64,000 nt of DNA from TPA_inf: Saccharomyces. Its lineage: Eukaryota. This document shows positions 56,801 through 64,000 of this stretch, piece after piece; the stretch's first letter is position 1, and each line of letters opens with the position of its first letter. The notes below the pieces were generated by a model, which did not search any database, was not told where the DNA came from, and saw only the letters and a list, made by a program, of their open reading frames with translations. The stretch lies in assembly GCA_000146045.2 (NCBI GenBank), contig BK006945.2:256001-320000 (forward strand), read 5' to 3'. Position numbers and translations under genes: made by a program.

Positions 56801-59731
56801 AAAACCTATCTTATAAAAGGAATTAAAGAATCCCTTTATAAATTCAATATCTGAATCAATGCATAAATCTCCGAGATTGATATCCCATTGACAAAAGTAG
56901 GTAGGTTCTGTGGGTGGTAATCCATACATTCTATGTCCATGAATGGTGAGGTCCGAAAGCAATCCGTGCTCTTGCTCATCAGCTCCGTTATTACGACGTA
57001 TAAAATCAAATACTTCATTTATTTGTTTTGAAACGTGCCGCTTTATTGAAGTCCCGTTGAGAACCGCCATTATGTCCATATAATAATTACAACTTCTGAA
57101 ATCCACTACAAGTTCGGCAAAATGTAGTGCAATGCATGGATCAAAACTGTAAATCGTTTCTGGTAATATCAGAGCACCATCCCAAACCGAAAATGTGAAC
57201 CAAATATCAGTTTCGTTGGTAGTCCTTTTCAAATCTGACCTTTTCATAGGACCTTTATCCTCAGATTCGTTCTTTAGACTGCTATTTTGGTACCCTGAAT
57301 CTACAGTAGATGCCAAATCTGCCACCGAGCTTTTCGTAGTGACATCTCCGACTTCCCTAGCGCCAAGGACACCTGTGTACTCTTCTGACGTCACAAAATT
57401 AAAAAATTCACCGAAGTAATTCATCTTTACGTTTGTTAAATACCTCATGACAAACCCATAGCAGTGAAGTACTGTACTCTTGCTGTTACACTCTATGACT
57501 AGCGTATCGACATTATCAATATCTAACTCGGAATAGAGAAGGTAAGAACCTTTAATTGTAAAGTCGTATGCTCTCCCCACTTCTTTATGTTTCATGAATT
57601 CGTTCAATGTATTCCAAGGGGGGGTATTTAACATCATTCTGAACATTGGAGTTGAGATCTCGTAGGACATATCTGTGTATGTCCCCAAAATACTCTCACG
57701 GGGTACCGTGACATCAATTGAAAGCTTATCACCATGAAGGGATAAATAACAGTTTTCGTTAAAATCTAACGGATTGTTAACAATATTGTGATCATTGACG
57801 TTTAAGTAAATGGAATATCCTTCCATTTCCCAATTGACTTTGTATACGAATGGTCTAAAAAGTTCGTAAGGCGTAGGATCACCAGCGGAAAAGTCTGAAA
57901 GCGTATCTGCAACTAAAGTTATATGCTCACGTAGCAGAAACGCCTCTAATTGTTCTGACTTCATGTTAATTATCCATATAGCTTTGCTATTCCAACCCAA
58001 TGGATATCCAATATCCCCATCAATATCGAATACCTTGCTTTTTAACAAAATATCGTGATTAACACTTGACCTAATTTCGGTTTCCAGGAAATGAACATGG
58101 AAATTATTCTGAAAACCTTGCACTGTAGGACAAACACTTATATTGAAATTTGCATAGGTGTCCTTACAAAATCGGAGATCCATCCATCCAAATGGCCTAT
58201 ATTCTTCATTAGTTTCTTTGTAGTGTTTCAAAAATTCGGGGTCTTTGCTACTTTCCCTCGTCGGTATACGCCAAGTAGTATCTTCCATTATTGATATATT
58301 CATCCTGAAAAGTGTATATATTCTTCTAGAACCTGGCGGGAGTTTTTTTATAGGTTTGGCTGTCCTTGAAACTACCGGTGATAGAACTCTTTGTAGATGA
58401 CTGACTTGTCTTTGAGCCCAAGGTCCGTAACAGATGGATCCTCCGTGAATTTGAACATCTAAAGCAAAATCTGGAGGTGCTCCGTTATTGCCCACATCTG
58501 GTCCATCAATATCAGGTATTGTCGGATGTGCACCATGTGGCACAACGCCCGGAACATCCACGTCATATGCAATTGTGACCTTTGGGCATTTTAAAATTGA
58601 TGTAAATTTAGCATATTCATGGTTCGTCAAATCGAACTCAACATCATCTAAATCACTTGCTTTAGCGTCGCCCGCAGAAGCCTTATAAAGAGATAAACCT
58701 TTCCATTTATGATAGAAATTGTCATCTGATGTGCCTGCGCTTTTTTTAGTCTTTTTCGGTACAACAGGCTTGGTTACTATCTGAAAGACTCGTACAAACG
58801 TTTTCCATAACTTTGACACTTTCCCTCTATCTATTTTAAACTTCAATCCAATAGCATCATCGTAACCAATATTTTGTTTGATAGAAATTTCGAAGTTTTT
58901 GAATTCCATCTGTGTTTTATTTCTGTATAAATCTAATCGCTCTTTTGGAGGTAAAACATCTATTATGCCTTTTCCACTTTCATAACTTAGAATCATAACA
59001 GATGGCGTGAATTTGTTTCCTAACAGTAGGGAACCGCGGCTAAATTTAAGCTCAATTGGTAAAAACATCAGTAGCTTTGGATGTTTGCCGATATCTGTTT
59101 CTTGGTAGTCCCTGTCATTAACAATTGATGCATCAGAGTTCGTTGTGTATGCAGATTCGCTTAGATCTTCATCTAATTTATCAGCACTACTTCCATCGCT
59201 AAAAGGTTCAGGAAAAGAATGCTCATTAAGGTATTTTTCAAATTTATCGCGTTCATCTTTTGATAGTAAGTTTATAACATTATCGTACGCCACTGTTCTG
59301 TTGTAAATAAAAATTTCTAGACCTTCACATTCTACGGAAATTTTACAGGGAAGCTTTGCTTTTTTGCCAGAAGAAGACTTGTTATTCTCTATCAATTCTG
59401 CTTTTCTGCAATTTAAAAGCCAGTATTTCCATGTTAAACTACCCTCTAATACCGAAATTGTATAATCTTTGTGTATTACGGAAAGGTTTTTAAAATGTAT
59501 TCGACCACCTAGTAAGGAGACACGAAGTGTCTCAACATTTATCTTGATTTTCGCTCGTTTCCATAGTAGCCATTCTAATATAAAACTTACAAGGTATGCA
59601 TAGATTCTTCCCATGTAGAATATCATTGTCAAACATACTACTACCGTGAGAATCCAATCTACTAAAAAGACCCAGCTAAAGTCCTTTTGGTGTGTCAATG
59701 GAACACCACGTAATTGTGAAATAGCTTCCAT
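50855..59731 (-). CDS. CSF1: Giant (2958 aa) bridge-like lipid-transfer protein (BLTP1/KIAA1109/Tweek family) with N-terminal TM anchor
   Basis: Single uninterrupted 8.9-kb ORF. N-terminal hydrophobic anchor. Size and position match YLR087C. Confidence 0.93.
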   Translation of the reverse strand: MEAISQLRGVPLTHQKDFSWVFLVDWILTVVVCLTMIFYMGRIYAYLVSFILEWLLWKRAKIKINVETLRVSLLGGRIHFKNLSVIHKDYTISVLEGSLTWKYWLLNCRKAELIENNKSSSGKKAKLPCKISVECEGLEIFIYNRTVAYDNVINLLSKDERDKFEKYLNEHSFPEPFSDGSSADKLDEDLSESAYTTNSDASIVNDRDYQETDIGKHPKLLMFLPIELKFSRGSLLLGNKFTPSVMILSYESGKGIIDVLPPKERLDLYRNKTQMEFKNFEISIKQNIGYDDAIGLKFKIDRGKVSKLWKTFVRVFQIVTKPVVPKKTKKSAGTSDDNFYHKWKGLSLYKASAGDAKASDLDDVEFDLTNHEYAKFTSILKCPKVTIAYDVDVPGVVPHGAHPTIPDIDGPDVGNNGAPPDFALDVQIHGGSICYGPWAQRQVSHLQRVLSPVVSRTAKPIKKLPPGSRRIYTLFRMNISIMEDTTWRIPTRESSKDPEFLKHYKETNEEYRPFGWMDLRFCKDTYANFNISVCPTVQGFQNNFHVHFLETEIRSSVNHDILLKSKVFDIDGDIGYPLGWNSKAIWIINMKSEQLEAFLLREHITLVADTLSDFSAGDPTPYELFRPFVYKVNWEMEGYSIYLNVNDHNIVNNPLDFNENCYLSLHGDKLSIDVTVPRESILGTYTDMSYEISTPMFRMMLNTPPWNTLNEFMKHKEVGRAYDFTIKGSYLLYSELDIDNVDTLVIECNSKSTVLHCYGFVMRYLTNVKMNYFGEFFNFVTSEEYTGVLGAREVGDVTTKSSVADLASTVDSGYQNSSLKNESEDKGPMKRSDLKRTTNETDIWFTFSVWDGALILPETIYSFDPCIALHFAELVVDFRSCNYYMDIMAVLNGTSIKRHVSKQINEVFDFIRRNNGADEQEHGLLSDLTIHGHRMYGLPPTEPTYFCQWDINLGDLCIDSDIEFIKGFFNSFYKIGFGYNDLENILLYDTETINDMTSLTVHVEKIRIGLKDPVMKSQSVISAESILFTLIDFENEKYSQRIDVKIPKLTISLNCVMGDGVDTSFLKFETKLRFTNFEQYKDIDKKRSEQRRYITIHDSPYHRCPFLLPLFYQDSDTYQNLYGAIAPSSSIPTLPLPTLPDTIDYIIEDIVGEYATLLETTNPFKNIFAETPSTMEPSRASFSEDDNDEEADPSSFKPVAFTEDRNHERDNYVVDVSYILLDVDPLLFIFAKSLLEQLYSENMVQVLDDIEIGIVKRLSNLQEGITSISNIDIHIAYLNLIWQETGEEGFELYLDRIDYQMSEKSLEKNRTNKLLEVAALAKVKTVRVTVNQKKNPDLSEDRPPALSLGIEGFEVWSSTEDRQVNSLNLTSSDITIDESQMEWLFEYCSDQGNLIQEVCTSFNSIQNTRSNSKTELISKLTAASEYYQISHDPYVITKPAFIMRLSKGHVRENRSWKIITRLRHILTYLPDDWQSNIDEVLKEKKYTSAKDAKNIFMSVFSTWRNWEFSDVARSYIYGKLFTAENEKHKQNLIKKLLKCTMGSFYLTVYGEGYEVEHNFVVADANLVVDLTPPVTSLPSNREETIEITGRVGSVKGKFSDRLLKLQDLIPLIAAVGEDDKSDPKKELSKQFKMNTVLLVDKSELQLVMDQTKLMSRTVGGRVSLLWENLKDSTSQAGSLVIFSQKSEVWLKHTSVILGEAQLRDFSVLATTEAWSHKPTILINNQCADLHFRAMSSTEQLVTAITEIRESLMMIKERIKFKPKSKKKSQFVDQKINTVLSCYFSNVSSEVMPLSPFYIRHEAKQLDIYFNKFGSNEILLSIWDTDFFMTSHQTKEQYLRFSFGDIEIKGGISREGYSLINVDISISMIKLTFSEPRRIVNSFLQDEKLASQGINLLYSLKPLFFSSNLPKKEKQAPSIMINWTLDTSITYFGVLVPVASTYFVFELHMLLLSLTNTNNGMLPEETKVTGQFSIENILFLIKERSLPIGLSKLLDFSIKVSTLQRTVDTEQSFQVESSHFRVCLSPDSLLRLMWGAHKLLDLSHYYSRRHAPNIWNTKMFTGKSDKSKEMPINFRSIHILSYKFCIGWIFQYGAGSNPGLMLGYNRLFSAYEKDFGKFTVVDAFFSVANGNTSSTFFSEGNEKDKYNRSFLPNMQISYWFKRCGELKDWFFRFHGEALDVNFVPSFMDVIESTLQSMRAFQELKKNILDVSESLRAENDNSYASTSVESASSSLAPFLDNIRSVNSNFKYDGGVFRVYTYEDIETKSEPSFEIKSPVVTINCTYKHDEDKVKPHKFRTLITVDPTHNTLYAGCAPLLMEFSESLQKMIKKHSTDEKPNFTKPSSQNVDYKRLLDQFDVAVKLTSAKQQLSLSCEPKAKVQADVGFESFLFSMATNEFDSEQPLEFSLTLEHTKASIKHIFSREVSTSFEVGFMDLTLLFTHPDVISMYGTGLVSDLSVFFNVKQLQNLYLFLDIWRFSSILHTRPVQRTVNKEIEMSSLTSTNYADAGTEIPWCFTLIFTNVSGDVDLGPSLGMISLRTQRTWLATDHYNEKRQLLHAFTDGISLTSEGRLSGLFEVANASWLSEVKWPPEKSKNTHPLVSTSLNIDDIAVKAAFDYHMFLIGTISNIHFHLHNEKDAKGVLPDLLQVSFSSDEIILSSTALVVANILDIYNTIVRMRQDNKISYMETLRDSNPGESRQPILYKDILRSLKLLRTDLSVNISSSKVQISPISLFDVEVLVIRIDKVSIRSETHSGKKLKTDLQLQVLDVSAALSTSKEELDEEVGASIAIDDYMHYASKIVGGTIIDIPKLAVHMTTLQEEKTNNLEYLFACSFSDKISVRWNLGPVDFIKEMWTTHVKALAVRRSQVANISFGQTEEELEESIKKEEAASKFNYIALEEPQIEVPQIRDLGDATPPMEWFGVNRKKFPKFTHQTAVIPVQKLVYLAEKQYVKILDDTH

Positions 59732-60106
59732 GCTTGCTAACTTATTACCGTCAATAGAAGACTTGAGTCAGGTGGCTTTAATGAGTACTATTCTTTTTTT
59801 TTTTCCAAAGAGCACTATGTTGATAATACCGCAGTAATTTTTTTTGAGTATCCTGTAGCCTAGAAAGGTTGAAGCTTATAAAACCGTGCCAACAGCTTTA
59901 TAGTGGGGAGTTTGGCTTCCCTCTATTTGTATATTGATCGCCATCCCTACGAAGTTATTGGGAACGCATCGTGAACCTCTCACTTTAATGCCAGCGGTAG
60001 AAAAAAAAGTCATAAACAATACACGCCGGCTACACTTAGAAAGAAATGACATTTGCTGTCTTATAAAAGGACTTGACAGACCAAAGACGCGTATAATACA
60101 CCAAGA

Positions 60107-61951
60107 ATGGCCTTATTGGAGAAGTTGCATCGAAGGATTGTTGATATGGGGCTTGTCCCGCGTATAATCGCCTTATTACCAGTTATTTCCATGCTATGCG
60201 CTCTATTTGGGTTTATTTCTATAGCTATTCTGCCTATGGATGGACAGTACAGAAGAACATACATTTCTGAGAATGCATTGATGCCTTCACAAGCGTATAG
60301 TTACTTTAGAGAATCTGAATGGAACATTTTGAGGGGCTATCGATCTCAAATTAAAGAAATGGTAAACATGACTTCTATGGAAAGAAACAATTTGATGGGT
60401 TCTTGGTTACAAGAATTTGGTACTAAGACTGCTATTTACGAAAATGAACAATATGGAGAAACATTGTACGGTGTAATGCACGCTCCTAGGGGTGATGGAA
60501 CAGAAGCGATGGTGCTTGCCGTTCCATGGTTTAATTCAGATGATGAATTCAATATTGGCGGCGCAGCTTTGGGTGTATCTTTAGCAAGATTTTTCTCACG
60601 TTGGCCAGTATGGTCCAAGAATATAATTGTTGTCTTCAGCGAAAATCCTCGTGCAGCATTAAGATCATGGGTTGAGGCATACCATACTTCCTTAGATTTG
60701 ACTGGTGGTTCCATTGAAGCTGCTGTTGTGTTGGATTATTCGAGTACGGAAGATTTCTTCGAGTATGTAGAAATCTCATACGACGGTCTGAATGGTGAGC
60801 TGCCCAATTTGGATCTTGTCAACATCGCTATATCCATTACGGAACATGAAGGTATGAAAGTTTCTTTGCACGGTCTACCCAGTGATCAGTTAACTAATAA
60901 TAATTTCTGGTCAAGATTAAAAATATTATGCCTGGGAATAAGGGATTGGGCGTTGTCCGGTGTTAAAAAGCCCCATGGTAACGAGGCATTTAGCGGCTGG
61001 AGGATTCAATCTGTAACATTGAAAGCACATGGAAACAGTGGTCATGATATTACTACATTTGGACGTATACCCGAAGCAATGTTTCGCTCTATTAATAACC
61101 TTTTGGAAAAATTTCACCAATCGTTCTTCTTTTATTTGTTATTAGCACCACGTCAGTTCGTATCCATTAGTAGTTATTTGCCAAGCGCTGTGGCTTTATC
61201 TATAGCATTCGCCATAAGTTCATTAAATGCATTTATAAACAATGCTTATGCAAATATATCCTTATTTTCCGAGTATAATTTGGTAGCGTTGTTGGTTTGG
61301 TTCGTGTCATTGGTGATATCATTTGTTGTTTCACAAGCGTTTCTTCTAATACCTTCATCGGGATTATTGATGACAATTAGCATGGCATCTTGTTTTTTAC
61401 CTTTGATACTTTCCAGAAAAATTCACATCTCAGAACCACTATCATACAGGTTGAAAAATGTTGCTTTTTTATATTTCAGTTTGGTTTCAACATCTTTGCT
61501 AATGATAAACTTTGCAATGGCTTTACTGATCGGCACATTGGCATTTCCTATGACATTTGTGAAGACCATTGTTGAAAGTTCTAGCGAACATGAGGTGACA
61601 ACTCAATCCTCTAACCCAATAAAAACTGAGCCGAAAGATGAGATAGAGCTCGTCGAGAATCACATGGATACAACGCCAGCAACCCCCCAACAACAGAAAC
61701 AAAAACTAAAAAATTTAGTACTATTAATTTTGACAAATCCATTTATTTCAATAACCTTATTCGGACTATTTTTTGATGATGAATTTCATGGATTTGATAT
61801 AATAAACAAACTGGTTTCAGCATGGTTGGATTTGAAATGTTGGAGTTGGTTTGTACTTTGTATAGGTTGGCTTCCATGTTGGCTATTGATATTAGCGTCA
61901 TCGTTTGAATCTAAATCTGTCGTAGTAAGGTCGAAAGAAAAGCAAAGTTAG
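60107..61951 (+). CDS. GAA1: GPI transamidase complex subunit Gaa1
   Basis: 614 aa. N-terminal TM, luminal M28-like domain, multiple C-terminal TMs. Confidence 0.93.
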   Translation: MALLEKLHRRIVDMGLVPRIIALLPVISMLCALFGFISIAILPMDGQYRRTYISENALMPSQAYSYFRESEWNILRGYRSQIKEMVNMTSMERNNLMGSWLQEFGTKTAIYENEQYGETLYGVMHAPRGDGTEAMVLAVPWFNSDDEFNIGGAALGVSLARFFSRWPVWSKNIIVVFSENPRAALRSWVEAYHTSLDLTGGSIEAAVVLDYSSTEDFFEYVEISYDGLNGELPNLDLVNIAISITEHEGMKVSLHGLPSDQLTNNNFWSRLKILCLGIRDWALSGVKKPHGNEAFSGWRIQSVTLKAHGNSGHDITTFGRIPEAMFRSINNLLEKFHQSFFFYLLLAPRQFVSISSYLPSAVALSIAFAISSLNAFINNAYANISLFSEYNLVALLVWFVSLVISFVVSQAFLLIPSSGLLMTISMASCFLPLILSRKIHISEPLSYRLKNVAFLYFSLVSTSLLMINFAMALLIGTLAFPMTFVKTIVESSSEHEVTTQSSNPIKTEPKDEIELVENHMDTTPATPQQQKQKLKNLVLLILTNPFISITLFGLFFDDEFHGFDIINKLVSAWLDLKCWSWFVLCIGWLPCWLLILASSFESKSVVVRSKEKQS

Positions 61952-62236
61952 GTGCCATTGGTAAGAAGTAAAGGATTAACGGGTGTTCGAACTACGCAAT
62001 TGATTTTATACGCACAAACATTACAAATCGAAGCAAAAGAAGATGAAATGATATGATATACTGATACAAATATGTATTAAATAAAACATAAGTATTGATG
62101 GAAACATGGCATAGAGAAGCGAAGATGCGATAATATCAAATAACTATATGTGAGTTGTGGAAGAAAGAAACGATCACATTATTATAATAAACTAGCTATT
62201 TAAATGTTTATTGAAGACTGTTCTGCCCCCTTTTAT

Positions 62237-64000
62237 TCAGTCACGGTATTGGTCAAAAAATTCTTTATGGAAACTTTCCCATTTCTTAATCCATTCCAGA
62301 CCAGGTGCCAAAAATGTTGTTCTTAAATGGTAAGTACCAGGTTCTTGACCAAACCCAGAACCGGGAACAGTGCAAATGCCAGTAGATTCTAACAACTTCT
62401 TACAATAAAATTCATCCGGAGTTAACTCTAAGTGGCGAGCTTCTTGAACTGCCTTGAAAGGTAAGTCTATCTTAGGGAATAAATACATGGCACCTTGAGG
62501 CTTTTGACATTCAATGCCTTCTAAAGAGTTAAATGTCTCATACAGTGTCATTGCTCTTGTAATTAACTTTTCATGGATGGAGTTACGTTCTGCTTGGTCC
62601 GACTCGAATGATTCCTCCCCTTCCACTGGTGGACGAACCATCAAATCAACCAAAGCTTGACCTGTGACAACGGGACACAATGAAATCGAGGCTAGTTTCA
62701 AGATAACTTGTCTCATCTCATGGCTGAATCCAGTGAGTTCCATGTAGCCACCCCTTTGACCACATTCACCAGAAACACCCTTAGAAGTCGAATGCAAAGA
62801 AGCTAGCTGAACATTATCGAATTTACCTGGATGTTCCCTCTGTAAATGTCTCAAAATTTTCTTCATAGAATGGAACTTGGTGCCCGGGAAGATATTTTCT
62901 TGATAAACTTCGTCAGCTATCACTACTGTACCGTACTTGGCTGCGACTTCAAAAATCTGAGCTATAGACTCAGGTGATAGGACAGCTCCTGTAGGATTAC
63001 CTGGATTGATAACCACTAGAACTGTAGGTTTGATTTCGTTCTGTATAGCCTCTTTGACGACAGTTTCAATTTCTTCTGGATTAGTTGACCAACCTGAATT
63101 CTCATCTAAATAGTATGGTAAAGCTTGAGAATTGTTCAAAGCTAGAGTAGCGGTATATAATGGATATTGAGGAATTGGAATCAAGACACCCGTTTCTGGC
63201 CCTCTACAGAAAATTGATAACAAGTAATTGACAGCTGCGGATGCACCAGCAGTTAGGAAAATATCCTCTGGGTATGATATCTCGCCTTCGTCCCTCTTCG
63301 TTATAAATTCAGCGACACTTTTCCTTATACCTTCTACACCTTGAGAAGAAGAGTAAGCACCAACAGAACCACCGATATCTTCCATTAAACTCTTTGCACG
63401 TTTAATGGCATCTAGTTTAAACAATTTCGAATCAACTAGCTGCTGTTCGTTTTGGTTTAATAGTTCTGGGTATTGTAAGAGAGACAAGACCTGTCTGTAG
63501 TAAGTCAGAGGTTTCTGTTGTAGTTGCTGAGGATTACCAATATTGGCGTTGATAATCCTGTCAAATGGCAGAGATTGAGGATCCTTCTCCAGTTGAGCTT
63601 TCAATTCTTCAGCTCTCATTGGGATGGCACCTCTAACGGCGTACTTAGCCTTCAAGACATTTTCATTTACGTCTTCCAAAGTCAATTGTTCGGCGGGATA
63701 AAACTCGTTATTCGAAGTTTTCAACGTGTGGTGTGGAAAGCGATTCAAATGACGCAGGTCGTTTAGCGAAGATTGACCAGATAATGAACGTCTATGATTT
63801 TGAGCAACAATCCAGGAAGAGCTATGTCTCTGTAGGACGGGTCTAACTTTCCTGAAAGCTTTTAACTTTGTACTACTGGCTGAGGTAGAAAAAGGAGTAG
63901 TGATATGTGGCATTTTTTCTGCGCTTGAAGTGAGAGTCCTTATATGATATGACTTAATAACGTGAGTTATAGAATTACTCACTGTGAAGTGATTTTTGGC
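62237..64000 (-). CDS. ALT1: Alanine transaminase (PLP-dependent, mitochondrial). 5'-truncated by the window end; about 5 codons are missing.
   Basis: Frame stays open to nt 64000 (…AKNHFTVSNSITHVIK…). Class-I aminotransferase fold with PLP-lysine region SKG. Confidence 0.9.
   Translation of the reverse strand, partial: AKNHFTVSNSITHVIKSYHIRTLTSSAEKMPHITTPFSTSASSTKLKAFRKVRPVLQRHSSSWIVAQNHRRSLSGQSSLNDLRHLNRFPHHTLKTSNNEFYPAEQLTLEDVNENVLKAKYAVRGAIPMRAEELKAQLEKDPQSLPFDRIINANIGNPQQLQQKPLTYYRQVLSLLQYPELLNQNEQQLVDSKLFKLDAIKRAKSLMEDIGGSVGAYSSSQGVEGIRKSVAEFITKRDEGEISYPEDIFLTAGASAAVNYLLSIFCRGPETGVLIPIPQYPLYTATLALNNSQALPYYLDENSGWSTNPEEIETVVKEAIQNEIKPTVLVVINPGNPTGAVLSPESIAQIFEVAAKYGTVVIADEVYQENIFPGTKFHSMKKILRHLQREHPGKFDNVQLASLHSTSKGVSGECGQRGGYMELTGFSHEMRQVILKLASISLCPVVTGQALVDLMVRPPVEGEESFESDQAERNSIHEKLITRAMTLYETFNSLEGIECQKPQGAMYLFPKIDLPFKAVQEARHLELTPDEFYCKKLLESTGICTVPGSGFGQEPGTYHLRTTFLAPGLEWIKKWESFHKEFFDQYRD

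Noticed and set aside
59934-60264. Overlapping 77-aa (+) and 67-aa (-) ORFs in the CSF1-GAA1 divergent promoter
   Set aside because: They overlap the GAA1 start and each other and show no conservation signal. An ACGCGT (MluI/MCB-like) hexamer at 60087-60092 sits only about 15 bp before the GAA1 ATG, too close to be a plausible UAS.
61975-62000. tRNA B-box-like GGTGTTCGAACT in the GAA1-ALT1 gap
   Set aside because: No upstream A box, no acceptor-stem complementarity and no cloverleaf. An isolated chance match.

Overview
This window reads as an ordinary, gene-dense stretch of the right arm of Saccharomyces cerevisiae chromosome XII, from the 3' part of MNL2 (YLR057W) to the 3' part of ALT1 (YLR089C). 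I recognise every long ORF from its translation, and gene order and spacing match the S288C reference as I remember it, so I see no room for a gene-sized insertion. There are 31 verified-type protein-coding genes plus two dubious antisense ORFs over the ribosomal-protein genes (BUD28 and YLR076C). Two of the genes carry introns that the six-frame track cannot show. RPL22A has a 389-nt intron with a non-consensus GUAUGA 5' splice site. BOS1 has a first exon that is only the ATG. I found no tRNA, rRNA, snoRNA, Ty element or LTR, CRISPR array or prokaryote-style defence or operon structure. The most distinctive non-coding feature is a GC-rich block upstream of GAL2 with four perfect CGG-N11-CCG Gal4 sites and a Cbf1-type E-box; it produces a spurious 81-aa ORF and at first looks like a structured RNA. 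Other things worth a second look are Rap1-type sites upstream of both ribosomal-protein genes, an exact 11-mer repeat in the RPL10 promoter, long poly(dA:dT) tracts, a 12-serine trinucleotide tract in LAM6, and several genes where an in-frame non-ATG codon extends the tracked ORF upstream of the ATG I take as the start. I found no evidence of a new biological system here. All coordinates were counted by hand from the printed sequence and checked against the ORF track wherever possible.
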